Shown in pieces: positions 43,814 through 54,166 of a stretch of DNA of 64,000 nt. The translations under genes and the position numbers were made by a program. This DNA comes from an uncultured Hormoscilla sp. (GTDB lineage Bacteria > Cyanobacteriota > Cyanobacteriia > Cyanobacteriales > Desertifilaceae): NCBI GenBank assembly GCA_963921275.4, contig OZ001293.3, forward strand, positions 4,384,001 through 4,448,000, given 5' to 3'. The notes beneath the pieces were generated by a model. The model had not been told where the DNA came from and did not search any database. It worked only from the letters and a program-made list of their open reading frames with translations. How positions within the stretch are numbered: the first letter of the stretch is position 1; the number at the start of each line of letters is the position of its first letter.

Positions 43814-45014
43814 TTAACCCGAAAAAATCTTGTAATTGCCGGAAATTTCTGAGTATGGCACAATCTGGAATGAAGCTATCAGGCCAGATGCGGAGGTATC
43901 TCTCAAAGCCTTCAACAAAATGTTGAAAGCGCCATTAATATCACGACTAATAGTGTGACCACATGAGGGACAAATAAATCGTTTGTTGCCTCCTAACTTT
44001 ATGTGAATGTGCCCACATTTTGAGCAAGTTTTGCTGGTGTACTCTTCCGTCACGTCTACTACAACACAGCCGTATTTAGCTGCTTGATGCTTGAACGTTT
44101 GCTTAAAACGGTAATGAGACCATGTAACCATTTTACGTGCTGTCTTAGTTGACAACCGTCGCTTGCCTCGTTTGACCATATTTTTAACCTCAAATGTAGG
44201 CAAAAATATGACTTTGTACTTGGTGCATAGATAGTTGGCTGCTTTCTTATGCAGTTCATCAACCAAGTTACGAATCTTAACCCGAATCTTTTGTGCCGCC
44301 TTTCGCAGGCAGTGCCGTAGCCGCTTAAATTGGCGTCCTTTAGATAAGCCGATTCGAGACATTAGCCGATCGAGATGACTGGCTAACCGATAGATACGAC
44401 CCATATCAGACTTGCCAACCTCCCAAATTTCTTGACCGTCAAACCCAGTTAGAAATGTCCTGACACCTGGATCAAGGGCGATGGCTAGCTCACTGTTTAA
44501 TGGTTCCAGTTTAGGCACGTCTATGGCATAACAGATAAACCAACGTCCTCTGTCTAGTACCAATGTAGGCTCATGGTGCATTTTGTCTATAATTGGCTCA
44601 CTTGCTTTGAACCTTAATCCTTTGGTCTGTGTTGGATAAAAATTTCCTTTTTTCCAGTTATTTTTCTGAAACCGGATAGACTTAACAGATTCACGTACTG
44701 AGCGAAATTTAGCATCTCCTCCTGATTTTCTTGCTGCTTTGTGTGCCTCATAAGCCTGAAATACCGCCAATTGGCGTGGGCTATATGGGGTTTGACTTAC
44801 CCAAGATGGAGCCATATCTATGACCGTTTTGCGTAGGTCATATTTACCAATCTTCTGATTTTTGAGTATAGCAATGGCTTGATTGAAGCACCATCTGGCT
44901 GCTGATATCCATTGAAACCAGGTTTTAGCTAATGCCGTTTCTGGGTAAACTCGAATCTTCTTTGATAGCAGATTTGTACTTCCTGAGTCCATAGAGTCTG
45001 CAACTGAAGACATG
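43814..45014 (-). CDS. tnpB: IS607 TnpB RNA-guided endonuclease (start uncertain; ORF open to 45505)
   Basis: KKIRVYP, IALDPGVR, EEYTSKTCSKCG...CPSCG, RDINGAFNI. Confidence 0.92.
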
Positions 45015-45512
45015 GACGATGACAAGGATATCCTCAACCATTTCTCGTTCTGGAGATAGGTCACTTCGGTTGAGAACCACGAGTTGGCAATCTTTTTGTT
45101 GACAGAGCCACTCGATAAGGTCAAGTCCAAACCTGACAAGTCTGTCTTTGTGGCAGACCACAACTTCTTTGACATCTCCTGACATGACTTGTCCCAGAAT
45201 GGATAAAAACCCTTTGCGTTTGTAGTTGAGTCCTGATCCGATTTCCTTGACAAGTTTTCCGTCTGTGAACAAGGATTGCAAATAGTCGGCTTGCCGTTCA
45301 AGGTCTGACTTTTGCTTATATGAACTGACTCTGGCGTAGAGGATTCTGATTCTTGGGGAGCCGTCTGGATTAATGACGGAGTCGATGTCGTATCGTCGAT
45401 GACCAGCGGGAGTTCTAATTGTCTGTATTTTTCCGTCTCTATCCCAGTTTCGGAGTGTTTTTTCCGAGACCTGAAGGACTTGTGACGCTTCTCTCGGTGT
45501 GGCATATCTCAT
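44925..45512 (-). CDS. tnpA: IS607 serine recombinase TnpA
   Basis: N-terminal HTH (TLRNWD, RTPAGHRRY), LYARVSS, EIGSGLNYKR, HKDRLVRFG. Confidence 0.95.
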   Translation of the reverse strand: MRYATPREASQVLQVSEKTLRNWDRDGKIQTIRTPAGHRRYDIDSVINPDGSPRIRILYARVSSYKQKSDLERQADYLQSLFTDGKLVKEIGSGLNYKRKGFLSILGQVMSGDVKEVVVCHKDRLVRFGLDLIEWLCQQKDCQLVVLNRSDLSPEREMVEDILVIVHVFSCRLYGLRKYKSAIKEDSSLPRNGIS

Positions 45513-45536
45513 GATGTTTTTGTTTGCACTATCAAT

Positions 45537-45545
45537 ATTATACCA
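45537..45545 (-). promoter_or_regulatory. Extended -10 promoter for IS607 tnpA
   Basis: Minus strand TGGTATAAT ~25 nt upstream of the tnpA ATG. Confidence 0.5.
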
Positions 45546-45597
45546 CACGCGAGAATATATTTCCGGAAAAATATATAAAATTCCTGGAAATCATACT

Positions 45598-46536
45598 TTA
45601 GTTATCAACACTCATTTCTTCGCACTGTTCCAGTCTGTGGGAGATCGCCACCAGACTATCTGCGGCGGTAGATGTACCCACACCATAACAAGCGCGTCGC
45701 CGCCAGGCGATCACGGGGAGATGTCCTTCCGGAGCATTAGCAGAGAAACTCAGTTCATCATAATTGAGCCAGTTTTCCTGCTGGCGCCAGCCCACCCGAT
45801 CGCAAAAATCCATATAATTGTTCTCCAGGCTGGATAATATTTGCCTCTGCACATTGAAGCCGAAGCGTCCACCGCTATACTCGGTCCAGAGTTGGTCGAT
45901 CGTCTGTAAGTCGGCACAAGGAAAATTTTCGATATCTTCCAAGCGCAGCCAGCCTTCAGCTTCTCGATCGACTACAATGAGCATTACTAGCCAGGTATAT
46001 TCATTAGCTTCTTGCCATCTTCCTGCGGCCAAGAACTGGTCTAGCTGACTATAGTCCATCCCTACCTCAGACTGCCAGCTAGTTTCTGTAGACCCAGGAC
46101 TGAAGAATTCCAGTTTTGTTAAGATCTCTTTGAGCATGGACATAAGTTCTACTCTTTGAGAACTTGCGAGTTCCAGTTCCTGTTTCAGTTCCTGGCGTTC
46201 GATCTCCCCCTGCTGCAAAGCGGCTTCCAACTTATTCAACCGGTTTTCCAGCCTCAAGACCGCCGACTGCAGAAACTCCTGCTGTGCTAAAGTCATACTA
46301 GACAATAGTATGTTGGGTGGTTCCGACTCCTGCAAGGGCTCCGCTGGTTGGTTGTCACGGTTTTTCGCACCAGACTTCTTGGTATCAGTATTCTTTACCG
46401 CCGAACTTTCCGCGTCAACGTTGATAATAATGGTGCCACTGGGCAACTGGTAACCGTTGAGGGCTCCTGACTTCCACCAGCGCCAAGCTGTTCTGTATGA
46501 GACGCCCACTTCACGGGCATAATCTGCTAGTTTCAC
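45598..46536 (-). CDS. GUN4-domain protein with an N-terminal IS607-TnpA-like HTH and a coiled coil
   Basis: DYSQLDQFLAAGRWQEANEYT, FPCADLQTIDQLW..YSGGRFGF, PEGHLP; N-terminus MKLADYAREVGVSYRTAWRWWKSG. Confidence 0.88.
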   Translation of the reverse strand: MKLADYAREVGVSYRTAWRWWKSGALNGYQLPSGTIIINVDAESSAVKNTDTKKSGAKNRDNQPAEPLQESEPPNILLSSMTLAQQEFLQSAVLRLENRLNKLEAALQQGEIERQELKQELELASSQRVELMSMLKEILTKLEFFSPGSTETSWQSEVGMDYSQLDQFLAAGRWQEANEYTWLVMLIVVDREAEGWLRLEDIENFPCADLQTIDQLWTEYSGGRFGFNVQRQILSSLENNYMDFCDRVGWRQQENWLNYDELSFSANAPEGHLPVIAWRRRACYGVGTSTAADSLVAISHRLEQCEEMSVDN

Positions 46537-46677
46537 TCTTCCGTTTTATTTTAACGACTGGCTACATATTAGTCCGTTTGACTATATATGAAAGTAAAGT
46601 TTTGCAAAGATTGTCTAGCGGTCAGTTGTTAGCAGTCAGTTGTTAGCGGTCAGTTGTCAGTACCATACCTAGGGGTC

Positions 46678-48909
46678 ATGGCTAATTCCAGTTTACAACT
46701 CCCAGAGATAGTCGATCGGCAAAGGGCAGAGGATATTATCATTCACCTGGCCTATTTGCAATACCAGCAACAAGGGGCGATCGCCTCTCGGGAAGACTTA
46801 GCCCCGGACATACAAGCAGCTGCTTGTCAGCTAGTCTCGCGCCTCAAACAACTGGATGCCATTGCCTCCTGCTGCCAACAGAGTCCCATTGGCAAACTGC
46901 TACCAGGTGCTCTGTACGTCCATGTTACAGCAATAGAAGCCCTCGACCCCCTGCTGCGGCTCTACGAAAGATGCGCCCGGGACATTGCTGGGGATGTTTC
47001 GGAGGCCACGATCGTTAAATTCCACCTGGACAAACAGAAAATCTCCTATCTATTCTACCCGGACTTCGACAGGGACGCCCATCCTCTACTCGAAGCTAGT
47101 ATCCAGGTTGACTTTTGTCAAGCCCAAAACAACTACCGAGATTATAGCACTAGTAATAATCCTCCCATTCTCCACCGCAAAGATGCTTTTGTCACCCCAG
47201 ACTATCCCTATTATGAAGAATTTGCCCAGCTTACCCGAGAGGAAGAAGAGTTAGGACTCCTGGACAAGGGTCGGGGTTTTTCCATCGGGACGCTGCAAAG
47301 TTGGCTAGACTGCTTAGAAGCCCATGGCGTGAAAATCGAAAATCACCATGTTATCCAAGGACCAGATTTTGTCAGGGCATCAGTAGCGCCAAAAATCGAA
47401 CGCCACAAAGCTGCCATGGTCCGCAAGGATCTTTCTCGTCCTGTCCGTTTAGCTTTAGAAGCGGAACTCTTCACCCCAGATACGACTTTCTTTGACTACG
47501 GTTGTGGATATGAGGGGGATATCCAACGCATAGTCTTTCTCGGCTATGCCAGTTCCGGTTGGGACCCCTATTACTGCCCCGATCGCCCTTTAGTGAGTGC
47601 GGATATTGTCAACTTAGGTTATGTGATCAATGTAATCGAATGTCAGGAGGAACGTCGGGAAGCATTAATTAAAGCCTGGGAACTCACCCAGAAAGTTTTA
47701 CTGGTATCGGCGCAAGTTTTGATTAATGACCGGAAGGCCGGACAAGTCGCCTATGGTGATGGCATCATTACCAAGCGCAATACCTTTCAGAAATATTTTG
47801 AACAAGAAGAACTGAAAACTTATATTGACCAGATCCTGGGTGTAGATGCAGTTCCCGTGGCCCTGGGAATTTATTTTGTCTTCTCCGACGCAGCACAAGC
47901 TGAGAGTTTCCGCGCCTCTCGCTTTTATTCCCGGGCCAGAACCCCCAGAGTTCGCTTACTCGATAAGAAGTTTGCAGATTATCAAACCATGCTGACTCCT
48001 TTGATGGAGTTCTTTACTAAGCGGGGACGCCTTCCTGTCAGAGGAGAACTTGCTTCTGAGTCGGAAATATTAGCAGAGTTTAGAACTTTGCGTCGCGCTT
48101 TTAAGGTGATTTTACAGGTTACTGACCCAGAAGATTGGGATGCGATCGCTTCCAAGCGGAGTCAGGACTTGCTAGTCTACATCGCCCTCACACATTTTAG
48201 CGGTCGTCCTCAGGCGCGAAACCTCGCCCCCCTAGTAAAAAACGACATCAAAGCATTACTGGGCAGCTACAAATCTGCTTGCCTGCTTGCGGATAAAATG
48301 CTCTTCAGCATTGGCGACCTCAATTGTATCGCTAAATGTTGCGAACATTCCCCTGTGGGCAAGCAGGGCCCCCATGCTTTCTCCGTGCATGTCAATTATC
48401 TGCACCAACTCGACCCCCGACTGCGACTCTACGAAGGCTGTGCCAACCGCACCATTGGGCGCTTAGATGGAGCGACTGTCATCAAGTTCCATACTAACAT
48501 ACCGAAAATCTCTTATCTATTCTATCCCGACTTCGATACCGACCCCCATCCCATTTTACAGACCTGCATGCAGATTGACTTGCGGGATTTAAGCGTCAAT
48601 TATCAAGACTACAAGCATGTCCATAACCCTCCCATTCTACATCAAAAAGACCAGTTAGTAGGACCAGATTACCCGAATTATGAAAAATTCGCCCGACTCA
48701 GCCAACTGGAAGCAGACTGGGGACTTTTAGATGATTTATCTGCGATCGGCACCCGTCAGGGATGGCTGCAATGTCTGGAAGCACATTGTGCTACGATCGA
48801 TAATTATCGTCTCTATTGGCGCAAAGATGCCGATTATTATCGCCTCAGAGTTCTCAAGGCTGCTGTCAATAACCGCCGAGGAAAAAGAAGAAAGGCACGG
48901 ATGATATAA
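46678..48909 (+). CDS. DNA phosphorothioation-associated putative methyltransferase (TIGR04096-like)
   Basis: RHKAAMVR, FFDYGCG, GWDPYY, NLGYVINVIE, TFQKYF; duplicated ISYLFYPDFD..HP and NPPILH.K modules. Confidence 0.85.
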   Translation: MANSSLQLPEIVDRQRAEDIIIHLAYLQYQQQGAIASREDLAPDIQAAACQLVSRLKQLDAIASCCQQSPIGKLLPGALYVHVTAIEALDPLLRLYERCARDIAGDVSEATIVKFHLDKQKISYLFYPDFDRDAHPLLEASIQVDFCQAQNNYRDYSTSNNPPILHRKDAFVTPDYPYYEEFAQLTREEEELGLLDKGRGFSIGTLQSWLDCLEAHGVKIENHHVIQGPDFVRASVAPKIERHKAAMVRKDLSRPVRLALEAELFTPDTTFFDYGCGYEGDIQRIVFLGYASSGWDPYYCPDRPLVSADIVNLGYVINVIECQEERREALIKAWELTQKVLLVSAQVLINDRKAGQVAYGDGIITKRNTFQKYFEQEELKTYIDQILGVDAVPVALGIYFVFSDAAQAESFRASRFYSRARTPRVRLLDKKFADYQTMLTPLMEFFTKRGRLPVRGELASESEILAEFRTLRRAFKVILQVTDPEDWDAIASKRSQDLLVYIALTHFSGRPQARNLAPLVKNDIKALLGSYKSACLLADKMLFSIGDLNCIAKCCEHSPVGKQGPHAFSVHVNYLHQLDPRLRLYEGCANRTIGRLDGATVIKFHTNIPKISYLFYPDFDTDPHPILQTCMQIDLRDLSVNYQDYKHVHNPPILHQKDQLVGPDYPNYEKFARLSQLEADWGLLDDLSAIGTRQGWLQCLEAHCATIDNYRLYWRKDADYYRLRVLKAAVNNRRGKRRKARMI

Positions 48910-48947
48910 TCCGATGATCTAATCCGATCTTGAACCTATTTTCATTA

Positions 48948-49812
48948 GGGCGTGTCATCAATTAAGCCAGATGACAGCGGCAGCGAGGTGGATGGCACCT
49001 AAGAAATTGCGAGCCGTTTTATCGTAGCGTGTCGCAATCGCCCTGTATTGCTTGAGTTTTTGGAATAGATTTTCAATATCGTTGCCGCCACTTGTACATT
49101 TCTTCGTCGTATTCTCTGTGTTCTGTGCGGTTACTTTTTGGAGGAATAACAGCCTTACAATCGGCCTCTTTCAGGCGCTCGAGCACACCTTGTGCTGCAT
49201 CATAGGCAATATCTGCAAGCAGCGCACCAATCTCACGGATTTTATTCCTAAGCACGTCAGGGCCTTGTAAATCGTGGGCTTGGCCCGGGGTAAGATGAAA
49301 TCCTGTGGGATTGCCCAAGGCATCGCAAGTGGCATGAATCTTTGTCGATAGTCCTCCTTTGCTGCGGCCTATGGCTTGGGTTTCGCACGTATCATCGGGT
49401 GTTTTTTTTTCGTACCCGCACGCTCGTTGATGGGCACGCACAATGGTGGAATCAATGGCGGCGTATTCGTTGTCGGCCTCTTCGGTCAAAACATCGAGAA
49501 CCTGCTTCCAAACCCCCTTTTCAGACCAACGGGTATGAACAACTCGAAAATCCCTCTTAAGCTCCGGTAAATCCCGCTAGGGAATTCCGGCACGATAGCG
49601 ATATAAAACGGCAGAACACGAATAATCGATTGTCTTTAACCTCCGCACCTGGATCCTTTTCTTTACCTGGTAAGAGGTGTTCGATCCGTTCCCACTGGTC
49701 GTCTCGCAAGCCATAGCGTCTCATATCATGCCCACCTGATTGTTATTGCAGGATAAGTCCCCCTTACCCTATCCATCTACTTCTGTCAAGCAATTTGATT
49801 GATGACACGCCC
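48948..49812 (-). mobile_element. IS5-family element (IS427-like), degenerate transposase
   Basis: TIRs GGGCGTGTCATCAAT / ATTGATGACACGCCC, TA flanks, IDSTIVRAHQ and GRSKGGLSTKIH. Confidence 0.92.
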
Positions 49813-49870
49813 TAATTTTTCCTCGTGCTGCACTATGGTAAAATATGAAACAGAAAAAAGAGGAAAGATC

Positions 49871-50047
49871 ATGTCACAATTAGATATTGCAGAAGCGAGG
49901 ACTAAACTGCCAGAATTACTCGAAATAGCCCTCAACGGTGAAGAAGTGGTCATAACCCAAGGCGATCGCTCGGTGGAACCTCGGGATTTTCTCATCAGAA
50001 AATATGGCTTCAATCGGCCAACGCATTCCATAATCGAGAGTTGGTAG
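49871..50047 (+). pseudogene. Phd/YefM-type antitoxin, C-terminus probably truncated
   Basis: MSQLDIAEARTKLPELLEIALNGEEVVITQ. Confidence 0.7.
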
Positions 50048-50971
50048 TGATAAATATGTAGTGACACAACATTATATCTCTCTATTGATCTGTATTTTTT
50101 AATGGGAAACAATATTGTTGTGAATTGATAATTAAGATTGATAATAAATCTAAGTAATTACTATAGATAGATTCTTGTCAAAATACTATACTTTTATTGG
50201 CAAAAAAAATCATAAAATCATGAAGACACCATCAGATTTATGCTGGCGACCAAATTGCAGGCACTGTTAAAGTGAGCAAACAGTAAAAAACGGTAGCACT
50301 CATAATAAAAAGCAAAAATATAAGTGTAAAGAGTGTGGCAGGCAATTTGTTGAAAACCCTACCATTAAAGCGATATCTGAAAATAAAAAAACCAATATAG
50401 ATGGCCTTTTGCTTGAGAAAATTACTTTAGCTGGGATTGCTCGTCAAGTTAAAGTTTCAAAAACATGGCTTCAACAATATGTTAATAAAAAATCTGCCGA
50501 AACCCCCCGTAAAATCAAGGTTTCAGACAAGCCAAAAGGAAAATTAACAATTGAATGTGACGTTCCGGTGGTCTTTTGTGGGAAACAAAGAAAATAAACA
50601 ATGGATTTGGTTGGCGCTCGATATAAAAACAAGAGAAATCTTTGGAGTTTCTGTGGGCGATCGCAGTCGTTAATCGGCAAGTTGTGGAAATATTTACCTA
50701 CTCTCTATCGAAAATGTGCCGTTTTTTATACAGATTATTGGGAATATTATAACACAGTAATCCCGAAAAAGCGTTACTATTGCTGTAGGGAAAGAAACTG
50801 GAAAAACTAATCACATTGAAAGGTTAAATAACACTTTAAGACAAAGAATTAGTCGGTTGGTTCGGAAAAGGTTATCATTTTCCAAAAAGCTGGAAAATCA
50901 CATTGGGGCTATTTGGTACTTTGTGCATAATTACAATAAATGTTTGTCGGGATAGATGGTGCATCACTACA
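50043..50971 (+). mobile_element. Degenerate IS1-family element
   Basis: Ends GGTAGTGAT / TGCATCACTAC; InsA Zn finger (YKCKECGRQF) and InsB fragments (IECD, YTDYW, NHIERLNNTLRQR) broken by frameshifts. Confidence 0.85.
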
Positions 50972-50974
50972 TGT

Positions 50975-51370
50975 TTATTACTACCCCACCCAACAACTGG
51001 ATGTCGAAGCTCGCCAACAATGGGTGGAGTGGGCGTGCTGGATATGTGCCAAATATCAACGCACATCTTCGGCCGTCGAAGGGCGCAATGGCACTTTGAG
51101 TCTCGTCTCCATCATGCTTCTCGCGGTTTGGATGGTCAAACCGAGCGCCGTGCTCACCGGAATCCACAATTTTGACCTTGATGTCTCCTGTGTGCCGTAT
51201 CCCTTGCGGGAGCGTAGCCATGTCCCCTGGGACAAGAGCAAGGAGCAGAGATATCGAAAGGCGAGGGGATGGTTCTACAGCAGCGAACCCGACTATTTGG
51301 ACAATCTTTCCCTAACTTATTTGAGTGGGTGGTAGACCATATGAGTGAACTCCCCCGGCCACGACAGTCA
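50975..51370 (+). mobile_element. DUF6399-like transposase remnant
   Basis: YQRTSSAVEGRNG motif; interrupted by a small element at 51180-51255. Confidence 0.6.
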
Positions 51371-51964
51371 TCTTCTATACAACCGTCCCATCCCTTACCC
51401 CTACTGACTGTCCCGACTTAAGTTGGTAGCCCTTCGCCGTCAAAGCTGACGAGATGGGGACATCAGTACTGCTGGTCAGATAGGTCTTGCAGCAGCAACT
51501 CCTCAAAGAATAGCAGGCCCTGATTGAGAAGCAACAGAAAGAACTGGAGGCCCTCAACGAGGAAAACTTACAACTCCAGGACTCCCTGGACAAACTGAAA
51601 AACAGGTCGTCTCAAAACAGTTCCGTCCCAGGGCAACCCATCGAATTTTATATAACTGATAACAGAAAAAAATACACTTAGATGATTTTTTCTTAAAATT
51701 GTTGCATTATCACCCCAAAACAGTATTTTGATTGAGATTTTGCAGACTGGCCACGCTACTTTCAACAAAGGCCCAATTGGATCGTAAGATTATTGTGCAG
51801 ATTTTCATATTTTAGCTCCCGAGAAAGTAACCGGTTTATCTGTGTATTGATAAAGAACTGTTTGTATTGACAATTTTATAGAAAAATAATTTTTCAAATT
51901 ATATTATCAGACTTGTGTCTGTAGTCAAGGATTAGAATTTAGATTCGTTTACCCTGGATAAGTA

Positions 51965-52230
51965 ATTAAAAATTCATTTTATATTTATCCCCAAAGTCTC
52001 GAAATACATTTTCCACCGCTTTAACTAAACTGTTCCAACTCTCATATGTATCTATATCTAGCCACGAGTATTAAATTAGCGCCACAAAATTTCAATAATA
52101 TTTAAATCAGGAGAATAGGTGGGCAAGGAGAATATTTTTAACCCCTTTTTTCTCCATTCTTCTTGTTTATTTGGCACTGCCTTACTCCTATAATGGAAGC
52201 ATTATCCATTACTAATCCCGTTTTTTTCTA
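51965..52230 (-). mobile_element. IS630-family transposase C-terminal remnant
   Basis: Minus strand gives VMDNAS and LPTYSPDLNIIEILW. Confidence 0.75.
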
Positions 52231-52302
52231 GTGTAGATCGAAAATAACTGCCAAACTGCGCCAAAATAGATATAATGAATATTTGTCAAAAAATGGGGAA
52301 TA

Positions 52303-52923
52303 ATGTCATTAGATTTTTTATCACTGGAGACAATAAAGGAAATCGCCCATGAATATGGCTACTGGGCAGTTTTTCTGGGAATAATGCTAGAAAATACGGG
52401 AGTGCCTCTACCAGGGGAAACCATTACCCTCGTGGGTGGGTTTTTGGCCGGTAGCGGTGAGCTGAATTACTGGTGGGTGCTGTTCTTCGCGATCGCTGGT
52501 GCCATCCTGGGGGATAACTGTGGTTATTGGATCGGCAGATATGGCGGTTGGCCAGTGTTGCTGCGGGTGGGTAAGTTATTCCGGATTACCGAACAGCAGC
52601 TGTTAGAGGTAAAATACCAGTTCAGTCTCAACGCCGCCAAAGCAGTGTTTCTGGGGCGATTTGTGGCCTTGCTACGTATTTTTGCGGGACCGATCGCAGG
52701 CATAGCCCAAATGCCCTACGGGATATTTTTGCTGTGCAACGCGGCGGGGGCCACTATCTGGGCTAGTCTGATGGTGAGTCTGTCGTTCTTTGTCGGGCGA
52801 CTTGTGCCTCTCGAAGAATTGGCAGCTTGGGTGGCTGAATTTGGATTAGTCGCTTTATTGCTGGTGATTGCCTGGATAGTGGTTCCGATCTGGTGGGAGT
52901 CGAGAAAGGGGAAAGTTTCCTAA
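52303..52923 (+). CDS. dedA: DedA family membrane protein
   Basis: LENTGVPLPGE, GAILGDNCGYWIGR, GRFVALLR. Confidence 0.93.
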   Translation: MSLDFLSLETIKEIAHEYGYWAVFLGIMLENTGVPLPGETITLVGGFLAGSGELNYWWVLFFAIAGAILGDNCGYWIGRYGGWPVLLRVGKLFRITEQQLLEVKYQFSLNAAKAVFLGRFVALLRIFAGPIAGIAQMPYGIFLLCNAAGATIWASLMVSLSFFVGRLVPLEELAAWVAEFGLVALLLVIAWIVVPIWWESRKGKVS

Positions 52924-53962
52924 CAAGTCCTAGCTACAACCGGCGCGCAGCGCCTAGGAAACTGACTCTGGTTGGGGAGATCTGGCGACTGGCGGTCTTT
53001 TTCTCCGGAAAGCCGAAAGGGCGATCGCTGCTGCGGTTGCCATATGATTTTCGACATTTTTTGCCGCATTGAGGGAGCAACCACAAATTTCTGCGATAAA
53101 GAGATCGGGAAAATGCTGGAAGTAATTCCATACAGCCCAAGGGTTGTCCGATATAGATACTTACCAGATTTCATAGTCGGGATGTTCCGTACACATAGCG
53201 AGTGCATCTGCCAATGGAACACAAGCCTTGCTTTCCCATCCACCAGCACACGCTTCGCTACTCTAATCCTCACTTAGTGCAACGGTAGACATCTACTAAG
53301 GAATCTGGATCTAGATTCACAACGTTTTTTGTATAGTTCAGCACGATCGAGTACCTCCTCCAAGCTCCACAATTTTAATACTTGCTTTAATTTATTATCA
53401 TGCACCAGCTAAGGTCTGTAATCGGTAAATTTATCCTTTTTCTATAATATGATATTTATAGTTCAAATGATTTTGTAAATTATGATAGTTATTGACCAAA
53501 TATCACCGCTCGGCAATTACAGCATTTTTCATGACAGTTGAATATCGGACTGAATACAAGACATAATGTTATAACCCTGGCGGACAAATAGTCCGATATG
53601 ATGTTTGTATTCTATCAACATGTTCATCGCTGTAATCCTAGCTTAATATCTGGTGTGTCATACTGCAAATATAAGGAAAAATCGGATTTTTCCGGAACGG
53701 TTCGCAACAATTTTTATTCTTGGCGACGAACGCCTAAAGGTTTTCAGAATCGAATAAAATCCACACAATTAGACGGGAAGGTAATAAGGGATTGTAGAAT
53801 ATACAATTACTGTTGTATACAGGTTTTGTAGCAGTCGTATAGCTAGAGTAAGTTATCGGTGAAATACTTTTTCCTAGCGGATGGATGGACAGTAGGTCGG
53901 GTGTGGGAGTTCGGGGGCTATGGAACGAAGTCGCCTGGAGACGCAAACCACAGATTGACAAA

Positions 53963-54166
53963 ATGAATCTCGGGATCGTAGAACAGGGGCAAACCCTATG
54001 GCTTTACCGGGTTGAAGATGCCGTGTTAATGGTAGAGGTAAAACCCACACCAACAGCAGACCTCCATAACGCGATCGGTCAAGTGGTCCTCAAACGCTTA
54101 ATTAGCGCTGATCAAGCCATTGACCGATTACGTACAGCTGAAGCAACCATCAACTACCAAATCTAG
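53963..54166 (+). CDS. Small hypothetical protein
   Basis: 67-aa ORF with globular composition, convergent with tolC. Confidence 0.45.
   Translation: MNLGIVEQGQTLWLYRVEDAVLMVEVKPTPTADLHNAIGQVVLKRLISADQAIDRLRTAEATINYQI

Noticed and set aside
52920..53277. Overlapping ~100-aa ORFs on both strands
   Set aside because: No recognisable family; cannot choose a real frame.
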